Positions 9,030 through 18,104 of a DNA stretch of 36,394 bases are shown here, one piece after another. The stretch's first letter is position 1. Each line of letters opens with the position of its first letter. The notes beneath the pieces are model-generated. The model was given only the letters and a program-made list of their open reading frames with translations. It was not told the origin of the DNA and searched no databases. Source of the stretch: Acidobacteriaceae bacterium (GTDB lineage: Bacteria > Acidobacteriota > Terriglobia > Terriglobales > Acidobacteriaceae); assembly GCA_036500785.1 (NCBI GenBank), contig DASYBN010000055.1, positions 1 to 36,394 of the forward strand, written 5' to 3'. The position numbers and the translations under genes are program-made.

Positions 9030-9945
9030 GGTGGTTGTGCGCGAGGCGACTCGGCCACGACTGCGTGACGGAAGCAGGGTGGCTGTGGTGTCGCCTGCAT
9101 CGGCAGCCAAGCCTGAGCTCGTCGAAGCTGGTGTCGATCGCCTGCAGCACTTTGGCTATCGCCCTGCGTTGATGCCGCATGCGCTGGCGCGCGGGCCGCT
9201 GTACTACGCGGGAGACGCGGAGCACCGCGTCGCCGATCTGCACGCCGCGTTTGCTGATCCGGAGATCGAGGGCGTGCTGTGCACCCGCGGCGGATGGGGC
9301 TCGGCCGAGCTTCTGCCACGGCTGGATCGTGAGCTTGTACGCGCAAACCCAAAGGTCTTTGCCGGCTACAGCGATCACACATCGCTGCACGTGTGGCTGT
9401 GGAACGAGTTGCGCCTGATGAGTTTCTATGCGCCCATGGTTGCCGCCGACTGGTCGAGTAACGACGGCGTACACCGCGCGACGTGGCACTCAGCAGTCGA
9501 AGCGAAATCGCAATGGCACGTTGGTCCGCAGGACGGATTGCGAACTCTGCGGCAAGGTGAGGTGGAGGGCCGGCTGCTCGGAGGCTGTCTTTCCATTCTG
9601 TGCGAGGCGCTTGGCACACCGTGGGCGCTGCGCATCGATGAGCCAGCGGTGTTGTTCCTTGAAGACGTCGGCACCAAGCCGTACCAATGGGACCGCATGC
9701 TTCAGCATCTGCGACTTGCCGGCATGCTGGAGAACGTGCGTGGGATCGTGCTAGGAGATACGACGGCGAGCGTAAAGCCAGACGAGATGGAGTTGCTAGA
9801 AGCGGCGTGCCTGCATGCGCTCGACGAGTTCGCCGGCCCGGTGGCAATTGGATTGCGCTGCGGGCATGTGACAGGCCAGAATCGCTCGCTTCCGCTTGGC
9901 GCGTGCGTGAGATTCAGTAACGACCGCGTGGAGGAGATCTCGTGA
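9022..9945 (+). CDS. ldcA: Muramoyltetrapeptide LD-carboxypeptidase (peptidase S66)
   Basis: VVSPAS, TRGGWG, GYSD (catalytic Ser), LFLED (Glu) and CGH (His). Confidence 0.88.
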   Translation: MREVVVREATRPRLRDGSRVAVVSPASAAKPELVEAGVDRLQHFGYRPALMPHALARGPLYYAGDAEHRVADLHAAFADPEIEGVLCTRGGWGSAELLPRLDRELVRANPKVFAGYSDHTSLHVWLWNELRLMSFYAPMVAADWSSNDGVHRATWHSAVEAKSQWHVGPQDGLRTLRQGEVEGRLLGGCLSILCEALGTPWALRIDEPAVLFLEDVGTKPYQWDRMLQHLRLAGMLENVRGIVLGDTTASVKPDEMELLEAACLHALDEFAGPVAIGLRCGHVTGQNRSLPLGACVRFSNDRVEEIS

Positions 9946-11405
9946 GCAGCGCGAAACATGTGCATCTGATTGGAATCTGCGGAACCGCGATGGCGTCGCT
10001 GGCCGGCATGCTGCGCGCGCAGGGACACCGCGTGACGGGATCGGACACGGCGGCATATCCGCCGATGAGCGACCAACTGCGCGCTATGGGCATTCCCATC
10101 CTGGAGCCCTATGCAGCGAAGAACCTCGAGCCTCGGCCGGACCTTGTCGTTGTCGGCAACGCGATCTCTCGCGGGAATCCGGAGCTCGAGGTCGTGCTTG
10201 ACGAGCGCATTGCGATGACGTCGATGGCCGCGCTGATCCATGACGAGTTTTTACAGGGCCGCGACCGTTATGTGGTCTGCGGAACCCACGGCAAGACCAC
10301 AACCACCAGCATGCTGTCGTGGATCTTCGAAACGGCATCGCGCATGAAAACGGACGGCGCGGCGGGTTGGAAGCCATCATTCCTGATCGGCGGAGTCGCG
10401 GAAAATTTCGGCAGCAGCTTCCACGTGCAGGAGGCAACGCGGCCGTTCATCCTGGAAGGGGACGAGTATGACACGGCGTTTTTCGACAAGGGGCCGAAGT
10501 TTCTGCACTACTTCCCGGATGCCGCGATCCTGACCCACGTTGAGTTCGACCACGCGGACATCTACGCCGATCTTGAAGCCGTGAAGATCGCATTCAAACG
10601 CATGGTGAATCTCATTCCGCGGCGTGGCCGGCTGGTGGCTTTCGACGCGAGCGAGAACGTAACCGAGTGCAGCGCGCGAGCTTTCTGCAAGGTCGAGCGC
10701 TATGGCTTCCAGGAGGATTCTTACTGGCGGGCTGTCGATCTGCGCCAGGATGGAACCTTGACGACTTGGCGCTTGCTGCGCGGCGGGCTCGACTACGCGC
10801 GCCTGCGCCTGCCGATGGCCGGCGAGCACAACGCGCTGAACGCGACCGCTGCAGCCGCGCTCGCCGCAGGGCAAGGTGTTCCTGTCGAAGCGATCGAGGG
10901 CGCTATCGCAAGTTTCAAAAGCGTGAAGCGGCGCCTTGAAATTCGCGCCGAGGTGGCGGGAGTGACGGTCATCGATGACTTCGCGCATCATCCGACGGCT
11001 ATTCGCGAGACGCTGCGTGCGCTGCGTGCAGCGTACGCAGGGCGCAGACTCTGGGCCGTGCTCGAACCACGCTCGAATACACTCCGCCGCAACGTCTTCG
11101 AGCGGGAGCTGGTCGAGAGCCTCTCGCTTGCTGATGAGGTTGTGCTTGCGGGTGTGTTCAAGAGTGATGCGATCCCGGTGCTTGAGCGTCTCGAACCCAG
11201 CCATGTTGTCGAGGCCCTCGGCGCGCGGGGAGTTCCGTCTGTGCTCTGCGCGGACGCGGATGCGATCGTGGCGGAGATCGTTCCGCGCGTGCGCTACGGC
11301 GATGTGATCGGCATTCTTTCGAACGGTGGTTTCGGCGGGATCTACGAAAAGCTGCCGAAGGCGATCGAGACGGACTCGCGCCTGGAGCGGCGACGCGATA
11401 GTTAG
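9942..11405 (+). CDS. mpl: Murein peptide ligase (UDP-MurNAc:L-Ala-gamma-D-Glu-mDAP ligase)
   Basis: HLIGICGTAM, YPPMSDQL, GTHGKTTT, EGDEYDTAFFDKGPKFLHY, EFDHADIY, DDFAHHPTA, EPRSNT and SNGGFGGI, all Mpl-type. Confidence 0.92.
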   Translation: MSSAKHVHLIGICGTAMASLAGMLRAQGHRVTGSDTAAYPPMSDQLRAMGIPILEPYAAKNLEPRPDLVVVGNAISRGNPELEVVLDERIAMTSMAALIHDEFLQGRDRYVVCGTHGKTTTTSMLSWIFETASRMKTDGAAGWKPSFLIGGVAENFGSSFHVQEATRPFILEGDEYDTAFFDKGPKFLHYFPDAAILTHVEFDHADIYADLEAVKIAFKRMVNLIPRRGRLVAFDASENVTECSARAFCKVERYGFQEDSYWRAVDLRQDGTLTTWRLLRGGLDYARLRLPMAGEHNALNATAAAALAAGQGVPVEAIEGAIASFKSVKRRLEIRAEVAGVTVIDDFAHHPTAIRETLRALRAAYAGRRLWAVLEPRSNTLRRNVFERELVESLSLADEVVLAGVFKSDAIPVLERLEPSHVVEALGARGVPSVLCADADAIVAEIVPRVRYGDVIGILSNGGFGGIYEKLPKAIETDSRLERRRDS

Positions 11406-11477
11406 CTTCTGCGCACCGCACAAAACCTTCTCGCGCTTTACCCTCAACTGCGCCGTACACGATACCCTTTGCTTTGT

Positions 11478-12194
11478 ATGTTTGCTTCGTTTCGCCTGTT
11501 GGCCGTCTATGTCTTGCTCGGTCTCCCTGCCGGACTGATTGGGATTCCGTGGTCTGCGCTGCGCAAGGATTTCCGCATGATGTACGGCTGGGGCATGTGG
11601 ATTGTGGCGCTGGGAGTGAAGGCAGCGGGCATCCGCGTTCGACTCGAGGGCAGGGAGAACGTGCAGCCGGGCGTGCAGTACATCTTTCTCAGCAATCACG
11701 TTTCGAATCTTGATGCGCCGGTTCTTCTGCCGCTCATTCCTGGAATGACGAGCGTGTTCATCAAGCGCGAGTTGATGAAGATCCCGCTGCTGGGAACTGC
11801 GATGCGGATGGGCAAGTACATTCCGGTGTCGCGTGGCAACTCGCGTGAGGAGGCGCAGCGCAGCGTGGAGGTCGCGCGCGATGTACTCAAGAGCGGGCTT
11901 CACATTACTGCGTTTCCGGAAGGAACCCGCTCGCCTGATGGCCGGCTGCTTCCGTTTAAGAAGGGAGCGTTCTTTCTCTCCGAGGCCGCAAAGGCCTCCA
12001 TCATTCCAGTCGTCATTACGGGAACGGAGCGCATGATGCCCAAGAAAACGCTCCGCATCACGCCGGGAGAAGCGCATGTTACGTTTCTTCCCCCGGTCCG
12101 GCCGCAGGATGCAACCTCGCGCGAAGACCTTATGGAGCGCGTGCGCGCAGCGATGGAGGCGGAGCTCGACCGGCGGAAGTTGAAGCGGGAATAG
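11478..12194 (+). CDS. plsC: 1-acyl-sn-glycerol-3-phosphate acyltransferase
   Basis: SNHVSNLD (HxxxxD), FPEGTRS and FKKGAF motifs. Confidence 0.88.
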   Translation: MFASFRLLAVYVLLGLPAGLIGIPWSALRKDFRMMYGWGMWIVALGVKAAGIRVRLEGRENVQPGVQYIFLSNHVSNLDAPVLLPLIPGMTSVFIKRELMKIPLLGTAMRMGKYIPVSRGNSREEAQRSVEVARDVLKSGLHITAFPEGTRSPDGRLLPFKKGAFFLSEAAKASIIPVVITGTERMMPKKTLRITPGEAHVTFLPPVRPQDATSREDLMERVRAAMEAELDRRKLKRE

Positions 12195-12203
12195 CTCGCA
12201 GAG

Positions 12204-12884
12204 CTACTTCACGATGGCGTTGTAACCGTCGACGATGAGCCGCTCGCGCATCGCCTCCGCGTCGGCCTTCGTGGCGAACGGGCCAACCTGGATGTGGATT
12301 AACTGGTCCTGTGCCTGGGTACGCTCGGAAACGGTATATCCCTTGGCGTGCAGTGCATTGGCGAGCAGATCGGCGTCGTCCTTGTGCGCCGCCGAGATCG
12401 CTGCAACCTGGACGACGAAGGCTCCGCCGGGCGTGATCGCGGGAGCCGCAGCGCTTGTGTGTGGGGACGGAGGCGCCGGCACAGAAGCGCGCGCTGGAGC
12501 CGGAGCGGGCGTTGTGCGCGCCGCGGCTCCTGGAGGCTCTGTTTCCTTCACGGTTGTCTTTACGGTTGCCGTGGGAGCGGGAGCTGCGGACGCCACGATA
12601 GGCGGAGCCACGCTCCTGGATGGTGCCGAGGGTGAGCCAGGCGACGGCTTGAAGTTGTCGAAGCTCGAGCCGCTAGTGGGCGTGGGCTCCGTATCGCTCG
12701 CCGCCGCGGGCAGCGGTGCAGTCGAGGAGGTTGTCGACTTCCGTCCCAGGTTATAGCCGAAACCGAAGAAGACGGCGCAGATCAGCACCAGTCCGAGAAA
12801 GATGGCGAGGATCGCGCCTGTGCTCAGCGTCAGCTCACGCTCGCGTTGCGGGACATCGTCATCATCATCGAGGAGGCGGCTCAT
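12204..12884 (-). CDS. SPOR-domain cell-division protein (DedD/FtsN-like)
   Basis: Single N-terminal TM helix, Pro/Ala/Thr-rich linker, C-terminal SPOR repeats (FVVQVAA...IQVGPFATKADAEAMRERL). Confidence 0.85.
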   Translation of the reverse strand: MSRLLDDDDDVPQRERELTLSTGAILAIFLGLVLICAVFFGFGYNLGRKSTTSSTAPLPAAASDTEPTPTSGSSFDNFKPSPGSPSAPSRSVAPPIVASAAPAPTATVKTTVKETEPPGAAARTTPAPAPARASVPAPPSPHTSAAAPAITPGGAFVVQVAAISAAHKDDADLLANALHAKGYTVSERTQAQDQLIHIQVGPFATKADAEAMRERLIVDGYNAIVK

Positions 12885-12896
12885 AGAGGTCTGGCG

Positions 12897-13568
12897 TCAA
12901 AACCGAAGAAAGAAGCCCGCGGTCGGCTGGATCGTCGAGGTGTGCTGCAGGATGGTGAGGTAGTTCTGACCAAAATCGGGCGCCAGGAAAAAATTCTGAC
13001 GGAATGAGGCACGCAGGCCGAAGTGGCTGTCGGCGAATTCGCGCTGTACGCCGACGTTGTAGTAGTAGGTCGCCCGCGCCTGTTTCGGCACGCCTAACCC
13101 GCCGCCGCCCGTTGGCTTGAATTCAGTCGCACCTGCGCCGGCGGAGACGAAAGGTTGCATCCCGAAGATCAGGTGCGGAGGCGTGATTACCCATCCGAAG
13201 CTGTACTCATTAGCCGTGGTCTGGACCTGAAACAGACTCTCGCCGTTGGGCCCGGGGCTGTAGTTCTCGGTGTAGCGCGCCCATCCGTAGTTGAACTCGA
13301 CGCCGATATATGGCTTGGCGATATAGCGGACGGATGCGAGCGCGCCGAACGTATTCGAGCCGTACTGCGTCGTCACGACGTTGTAGTTAGGCGCGCCGGG
13401 CGGAACGATGGGGCCGCTCACGGTTTGGTTGAACTGGCCCGCACCGCTGACGCCAAAGTCCATGCGCGCGATCTGACGGCCCATTGCGGTGGTTTGTGCG
13501 GCGGCGAGGCCGGTGACGGACACGAGGAGGGTCGCTGTGGCGAGCAGGGCTCGCGAAACACTGTGCAT
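12897..13568 (-). CDS. Small outer-membrane beta-barrel protein
   Basis: Signal peptide MHSVSRALL...AAA, alternating aromatic/Gly beta strands, terminal ...GFFLRF BAM signal. Start trimmed from the track's 13775. Confidence 0.75.
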   Translation of the reverse strand: MHSVSRALLATATLLVSVTGLAAAQTTAMGRQIARMDFGVSGAGQFNQTVSGPIVPPGAPNYNVVTTQYGSNTFGALASVRYIAKPYIGVEFNYGWARYTENYSPGPNGESLFQVQTTANEYSFGWVITPPHLIFGMQPFVSAGAGATEFKPTGGGGLGVPKQARATYYYNVGVQREFADSHFGLRASFRQNFFLAPDFGQNYLTILQHTSTIQPTAGFFLRF

Positions 13569-13606
13569 CAAAACGTAAGGGCTCCGGGGCGCTCTGTGCG
13601 CTCTCT

Positions 13607-14029
13607 CTAGTCTAACCCTTTGTTCTGGCGGGCGCGCCGAGCGATCCGGGTGAGCACGGTGGTTCCGGCGGCGAGAGTCACACCGCAGAGCAGTGCAATA
13701 AATGGGCTGATCCCAGGCTGCGCTGAACGCGGCAGCAGCGCAGTGAGCGCCAAAACCAACACAACGCTGAGGCACGCGGGAATAATCCAGGTCATCGGGC
13801 GCCTGGCCTGCAAGAACAGAAAGGCCATGGATGCGACAGCGAGGATTGCCGGCGCACTCCGAGGATGATGCTGGCGCAAACTTGCCGCCGCGAGCAGTGT
13901 GAGCAGCAGTCCAACTGCGCCGGGAGTGATCCAGCCGGGGCGGTTGAGCTCAACGGCGATCAACGCAATCCCCAACGTGAGGAGTAGGATTGCGGCGTTG
14001 GGCGTAAGGTCATTGAACAGCGGGAGCAT
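13607..14029 (-). CDS. NfeD-like membrane-domain-only protein
   Basis: PNAAILLLTLG..AVELNRPG...PGAVG resembles the NfeD membrane segment; four TM helices ending RIARRAR; no OB fold follows. Confidence 0.55.
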   Translation of the reverse strand: MLPLFNDLTPNAAILLLTLGIALIAVELNRPGWITPGAVGLLLTLLAAASLRQHHPRSAPAILAVASMAFLFLQARRPMTWIIPACLSVVLVLALTALLPRSAQPGISPFIALLCGVTLAAGTTVLTRIARRARQNKGLD

Positions 14030-14040
14030 TGGATGCGCGC

Positions 14041-15654
14041 TCAGTGGACCGTCTGCCCGCGCTGCTGCAGGCTCTGGCGCATCGCGATAGCTGTGGGGTT
14101 CGCGGGCTCAAGATGCAGAGCGCGCGCGACGTCACTGGCAGCTGCGGGCAGGTGGTTTTCTGCCATATCCAGCCGGGCGAGCAGCAGAAACGCGGGCACG
14201 TTCGGCTGAATGGTCAACGAACGCTGGGCCTCCGTGCGCGCGTCGGTGGCATTGCCGCTGCGCTCGCGGACCTCAGCCAAACCCTCATGAGCGGGCGCGC
14301 TGTTGGGATTGGCGGCGAGTGCGGATTGAAACTGTTGTTCCGCCTGTGGCAGCAGCCCCTGGGCGAGGTAGTCGTGGCCCAGGGACGTGTACTCTGCGGC
14401 GCGTTGAGTGGGAGGTAACGCTGCCATACGCGCGGCACGCATCTGGTCGAGTTGAAACGCCGCCTGGCGGAAACCGGTTTCGGACCAGTTGCGGCGGATG
14501 CGCTCCACGGGAGCGAAGCCTCCGTTCGGGTCAAGCTTCGAGCCCGCTGGCGCGAGTGAGAGATGTGCGCGCAGGGAGCCGGCCTCAGGATCGTTGGGCT
14601 TGAGCTTGAGGCAGGCGTCGGCCTGCTGGAGCGCCGCAGGCAGATCACCGCGGCGGAAGAGAGCGATGGCCAGGTTGTAGTGGTAGTCCTCGTCGGACGG
14701 ATCGGCGGCAGCGGCGCGCTCGAAGAGAGCTACGGCGTCCTTGCCCTGACGGGCCAGCGCGACGCCCTGATTGTTGACGACCTCAGGAAGAGGAAGGCGG
14801 CTGGCGACGAACTCGAACGCCGCCGCTGCACCGGCGTAGTTGGCGGAGTTGAAGCGCGCCAGGCCCAGGTAGAAGTTGCCCTCGAGCGCGAGTGGGTCCG
14901 CGGGCGGAATGCGCGCGAGGGTGGCGGCAGCAGCCTCATAGTCACGGTTGAGGTACTGCTGCTTGCCCAGCGCGAGCAGGGCCGCGGTGTAGTTGGGTGC
15001 GGCGGCGACCGCCGTGCGCAGACGGACGATGGCTTCGGTGGGCGTGGCAGCGTTGATGCCGCGGATGTAGTCCTCGAAGGCCGGGAGCGGAACCGCGGCG
15101 CCGCCAGCGGCGAGGAAGGTCTGCTCGGCGACGTTGAGCGATGGGTCCATGACGCGAGCTACGCGCCAGGCGATGGCGTTCTCAGCGTCGTAGAGACGGT
15201 TGAGGTCATCGGTGTCGGTGACCGTCGGCGACAGACGGAGCTGATCGATCGACAGGACCTGCGACTGGATCGCGATCTGGCCCTTGGTGAGATTGAAGCT
15301 GCCGATCACGACGTAATTCGCGTCGAGCTGCTGGGCGATGCGAATCGTAGTGGCGCGCGAGGGCCGGAACTCGGCGGGAAGGCCAAGGTGCGTGAAGGCA
15401 AAGACACGGTCGTCGTGCGAGATAGTGAGAAAGCCAGCGGAGTTGAGGCGGCGATCGAGCGTGTCGGGGAAGGAGCTGCCGATCCAGTTGAGGGTCGGAT
15501 TCCCGGAGCGGTTTTCAAAAGGGAGAACGAGGACTACGCGTCCGCCGGGCAGCGACTGCGCGGAGCCCACATGGGGCAGGAGAGCGGCGGCGATGAGAAA
15601 AAATATTGTTGCGAAGCGGCGGAGAGAGCGCATGCCGGCGGGTCGAAGGGCCAT
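14041..15654 (-). CDS. Exported TPR protein with an N-terminal TolB-N/CsgG-like domain
   Basis: Signal peptide, VLVLPFEN...QLDANYVVIGSF domain, then many TPR repeats. Start at 15654 supported by TACACT 7 nt upstream (alternative 15633). Confidence 0.8.
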   Translation of the reverse strand: MALRPAGMRSLRRFATIFFLIAAALLPHVGSAQSLPGGRVVLVLPFENRSGNPTLNWIGSSFPDTLDRRLNSAGFLTISHDDRVFAFTHLGLPAEFRPSRATTIRIAQQLDANYVVIGSFNLTKGQIAIQSQVLSIDQLRLSPTVTDTDDLNRLYDAENAIAWRVARVMDPSLNVAEQTFLAAGGAAVPLPAFEDYIRGINAATPTEAIVRLRTAVAAAPNYTAALLALGKQQYLNRDYEAAAATLARIPPADPLALEGNFYLGLARFNSANYAGAAAAFEFVASRLPLPEVVNNQGVALARQGKDAVALFERAAAADPSDEDYHYNLAIALFRRGDLPAALQQADACLKLKPNDPEAGSLRAHLSLAPAGSKLDPNGGFAPVERIRRNWSETGFRQAAFQLDQMRAARMAALPPTQRAAEYTSLGHDYLAQGLLPQAEQQFQSALAANPNSAPAHEGLAEVRERSGNATDARTEAQRSLTIQPNVPAFLLLARLDMAENHLPAAASDVARALHLEPANPTAIAMRQSLQQRGQTVH

Positions 15655-15706
15655 CGGGAGTAGTGTAGCGGAGTGGGTGGTCTCGAGCGATTGAGGCGGC
15701 GCGGCC

Positions 15707-16591
15707 TTGAGAGGTGAACTCAACCTGGGTGTTGGAGCCGCGGCCTGTTTGGCGCTGGCGCCGATGCTGTGGGCTGCGTTCTGGGGTGACGGGCTCGCGC
15801 GCTGCACGATGCGGCTGCCGATGCGCGTGCGGGTGCTGGCGCCGGGGCTGCTCTGCGTCGTGTATGCGATCGTAGCGGAGGTCCGCGGAGGGTTTGTGTG
15901 GGGATGGTTTCTGGTGTATCTCGCGCTGCCGGTGGCGGTCTCGGCAATGCTCGCATGGGCGGAGCAGGTCGATCCGGAGCAGAGGGGCGACTGGAGCGAA
16001 TTCGCGGTGCTGCTGGTGCTGGGTCTGGCGGTGGATCTGCGCTGGTTTGAACCGGCATGGCCGCGGGGACTGGCGGTATTCAATAAGGTGCTGCTGGTCG
16101 ATGCGGGGATATGGGGGTTCGGCGCGGTGCGGCGGCTGACCGGCGTGGGGTTTGACCTACGGCTGCGTGCACGCGACCTGTTGATCGCGTTACGCGAGTT
16201 CTGTTGGTATGCGCCGGTGGCGATTGCGCTGGGGCTGGCGCTCGGGTTTCTGCATGTGCACGCGGCATGGCCCGGAGGGCTGAGGCTGGTGGGCGCCTTT
16301 GTGTTCACGTTCCTCCTGATTGGGGTGCCGGAGGAGCTGTTCTTTCGGGGATGGATGCAGAATCTGCTGGAGAGAAGGATAGGCCGGCGCTGGGCCCTGA
16401 TGGTGACGGCGGTGGTGTTCGGGCTGGCGCACTTTAACAAGCGTGCCGTCCACTTCAACTGGCGCTACGTGTTGCTGGCAGCGATTGCGGGCGTGTTCTA
16501 CGGCCGAGCGTGGCGTCAGGACAGGCGCGTGGGCGCATCGGTGGTGACGCACGCGTGCGTGGATACGGTGTGGTCGATGTGGCTGCGGTGA
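15707..16591 (+). CDS. CPBP (Abi/CAAX) intramembrane glutamic protease, catalytic motifs intact
   Basis: PEELFFRG (EExxxR), FGLAH (FxxxH) and HACVD; start uncertain (TTG 15707 or ATG 15764). Confidence 0.85.
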   Translation: MRGELNLGVGAAACLALAPMLWAAFWGDGLARCTMRLPMRVRVLAPGLLCVVYAIVAEVRGGFVWGWFLVYLALPVAVSAMLAWAEQVDPEQRGDWSEFAVLLVLGLAVDLRWFEPAWPRGLAVFNKVLLVDAGIWGFGAVRRLTGVGFDLRLRARDLLIALREFCWYAPVAIALGLALGFLHVHAAWPGGLRLVGAFVFTFLLIGVPEELFFRGWMQNLLERRIGRRWALMVTAVVFGLAHFNKRAVHFNWRYVLLAAIAGVFYGRAWRQDRRVGASVVTHACVDTVWSMWLR

Positions 16592-17220
16592 GTGTGCGCA
16601 GAATACCGCAGGAACCCGAGGCCCACGCGCATGTTGCGGATAAGCGGGGACGGGACAGTGACGGCCAAAGTGATCCCTATCACGGCGTGCGCAATAGCGA
16701 GCGGAATGAGGTTGCGGTAGCGAAGGAACAACAGGCACGAGATCAGGCCCCAGACAAACGTGAGGGGCGTGAGGATGAGGTTCGGCAGATGCGCGAGCGC
16801 GAAGATGGTTGCCGCAGCGAACGCCGCGCGGCGTGGTGAGCGAAGAAGGACGAGCAGGCGGCGGAGAAAGACGTCCTGCAGAAGAATTTGCTGAACGAAA
16901 GCCCAGAGCGCGTATCCCCAATAACGACTGAAGAGCCGGCGTGCATTGTGCGGCGCGTGCAGGGAATGCAAGTGCGCGGCGATGAGGAAGATGATGGCCG
17001 CGAGCGCGATTGCGATGATAGCGATCCAGAGCGAGCGAACGAGGTTCGTGCGGCGCAACCCGAGTTGATCGCACCCCTGAAACGAGAGTACGAGGATCGC
17101 GGCGAGCGAGAGGATGGCGGCGATATAGAAGATGCGCTGAAACGGATTCGGCGTCCAGATGACGAACAGGATGAGCCCGTAACCAAGAGCGAGTTCGAGA
17201 AGTGCGCGGCGGCGGGTCAT
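16516..17220 (-). CDS. CPBP-family membrane protein with degenerate motif 1 (QQ for EE)
   Basis: FVQQILLQ, FALAHLPN and AIAHAVIG; multiple TM helices; start trimmed to ATG 17220. Confidence 0.7.
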   Translation of the reverse strand: MTRRRALLELALGYGLILFVIWTPNPFQRIFYIAAILSLAAILVLSFQGCDQLGLRRTNLVRSLWIAIIAIALAAIIFLIAAHLHSLHAPHNARRLFSRYWGYALWAFVQQILLQDVFLRRLLVLLRSPRRAAFAAATIFALAHLPNLILTPLTFVWGLISCLLFLRYRNLIPLAIAHAVIGITLAVTVPSPLIRNMRVGLGFLRYSAHTHRSHIDHTVSTHACVTTDAPTRLS

Positions 17221-17311
17221 CTGAAGGGATGACGCTGCGAAGCGGCCCAGAGACCCCGCGTTTGCGTCGGACGAAACGACGGCCCGGCGGATTTGAACCC
17301 GCCGGACTGGG

Positions 17312-17737
17312 TTATCGCAGCTCAGTGACGACCTTCTCGAGGTTGGCGATAAAGTTTCGCCAGCCGTAGGTCGCGCCCTTGTAAGCCATGTCGTGTTCGG
17401 GACCGAAGCCGGACTGCTCCAAGCGAACGTGTGTGCCGCCGTCGGAAGGAGTGAGCGTCCAGAGCACCACGGTTTCGAGACCCATGGAAGCCCAAGTGTA
17501 GGACAGCCGCTTCGCGGGCTCGACGACGAGCACCTCACAATCGATGAGGCCGTTCCATTGTGGCATCGGATCGGCGCGAAATTGGAAGCTGCGGCCGACG
17601 ACCGGCTCGAAGTCATTCTTCAGGAGCCATTGCGCGATAAGTGGGCTTTCGGTGAGCGCACGCCACAGCTTCTCCGGCGAATGCGGGAAGACCTTCTCGA
17701 TGACAACGCTGCGAGTGTTCTCTGCTGAACTGCTCAT
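17312..17737 (-). CDS. SRPBCC/AHSA1-family ligand-binding protein
   Basis: PEKLWRALT...LIAQW, LSYTW, GTHVRLEQSGF and GW motifs; ATGA overlap with ArsR. Confidence 0.9.
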   Translation of the reverse strand: MSSSAENTRSVVIEKVFPHSPEKLWRALTESPLIAQWLLKNDFEPVVGRSFQFRADPMPQWNGLIDCEVLVVEPAKRLSYTWASMGLETVVLWTLTPSDGGTHVRLEQSGFGPEHDMAYKGATYGWRNFIANLEKVVTELR

Positions 17738-18057
17738 GGTTCCATCCTTTCCAAAAGAGCCTCGAGGTTTGAAAACCGATCGCGCCAGAAGGCGCCGTAG
17801 ACACTGAGCCAGTTGACCATTGGAGCCAGAGCGTCCGGCTGTGCGCGATAGTGAGTTTCGCGTCCATGGCGACGATGACGGACTAGCTTTGCCCGCTTCA
17901 ACACGGTGAGGTGTTTGGAGACTGCGGGCTGCGAGACGCCGGCGTAGGACGTCAGCGCGTGCACCGTCAACTCGCCGTGCCGGCTTAGCCGCTCGAAGAT
18001 GGCCCTGCGGGTGGGATCGGCGAGTGCGCGGAAGACGGCATTGGGACTGGGAGGCAC
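17734..18057 (-). CDS. ArsR/SmtB-family transcriptional regulator
   Basis: VFRALADPTRRAI, SQPAVSKHLTVL and GRETHY. Confidence 0.92.
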   Translation of the reverse strand: MPPSPNAVFRALADPTRRAIFERLSRHGELTVHALTSYAGVSQPAVSKHLTVLKRAKLVRHRRHGRETHYRAQPDALAPMVNWLSVYGAFWRDRFSNLEALLERMEP

Positions 18058-18066
18058 GACGAGAAA

Positions 18067-18095
18067 AGCATAGCCAAATGGTTATAGGTCGTCAA
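18067..18095 (-). promoter_or_regulatory. Sigma70 promoter of arsR-SRPBCC with an operator palindrome
   Basis: TTGACG(18095-18090)-N17-TATGCT(18072-18067); inverted repeat ATAGCC-AAAT-GGTTAT (18070-18085) covers the spacer and -10. Confidence 0.7.
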
Positions 18096-18104
18096 TCGGA
18101 TTGT

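Noticed and set aside
12400-12740. Low-complexity GC-rich quasi-repeats
   Set aside because: Explained by the Pro/Ala/Thr linker of the SPOR protein; not a DNA repeat array.
15655-16458. N-terminal extension of the 805-aa TPR ORF
   Set aside because: It overlaps the real CPBP gene on the other strand; the signal peptide and -10 element point to a start at 15654 or 15633.
17221-17281. CTGAAGG...GGACGAAAC, reminiscent of a hammerhead ribozyme
   Set aside because: The core CUGANGA is not matched and stem II and the cleavage triplet cannot be formed.
17284-17305. Hairpin with GGTTCAAATCC on the minus strand, resembling a tRNA T-arm or att remnant
   Set aside because: The stem is out of register for a T-arm; there is no acceptor, D or anticodon arm, no CCA and no integrase. 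More likely an ordinary 3' hairpin of the SRPBCC gene.
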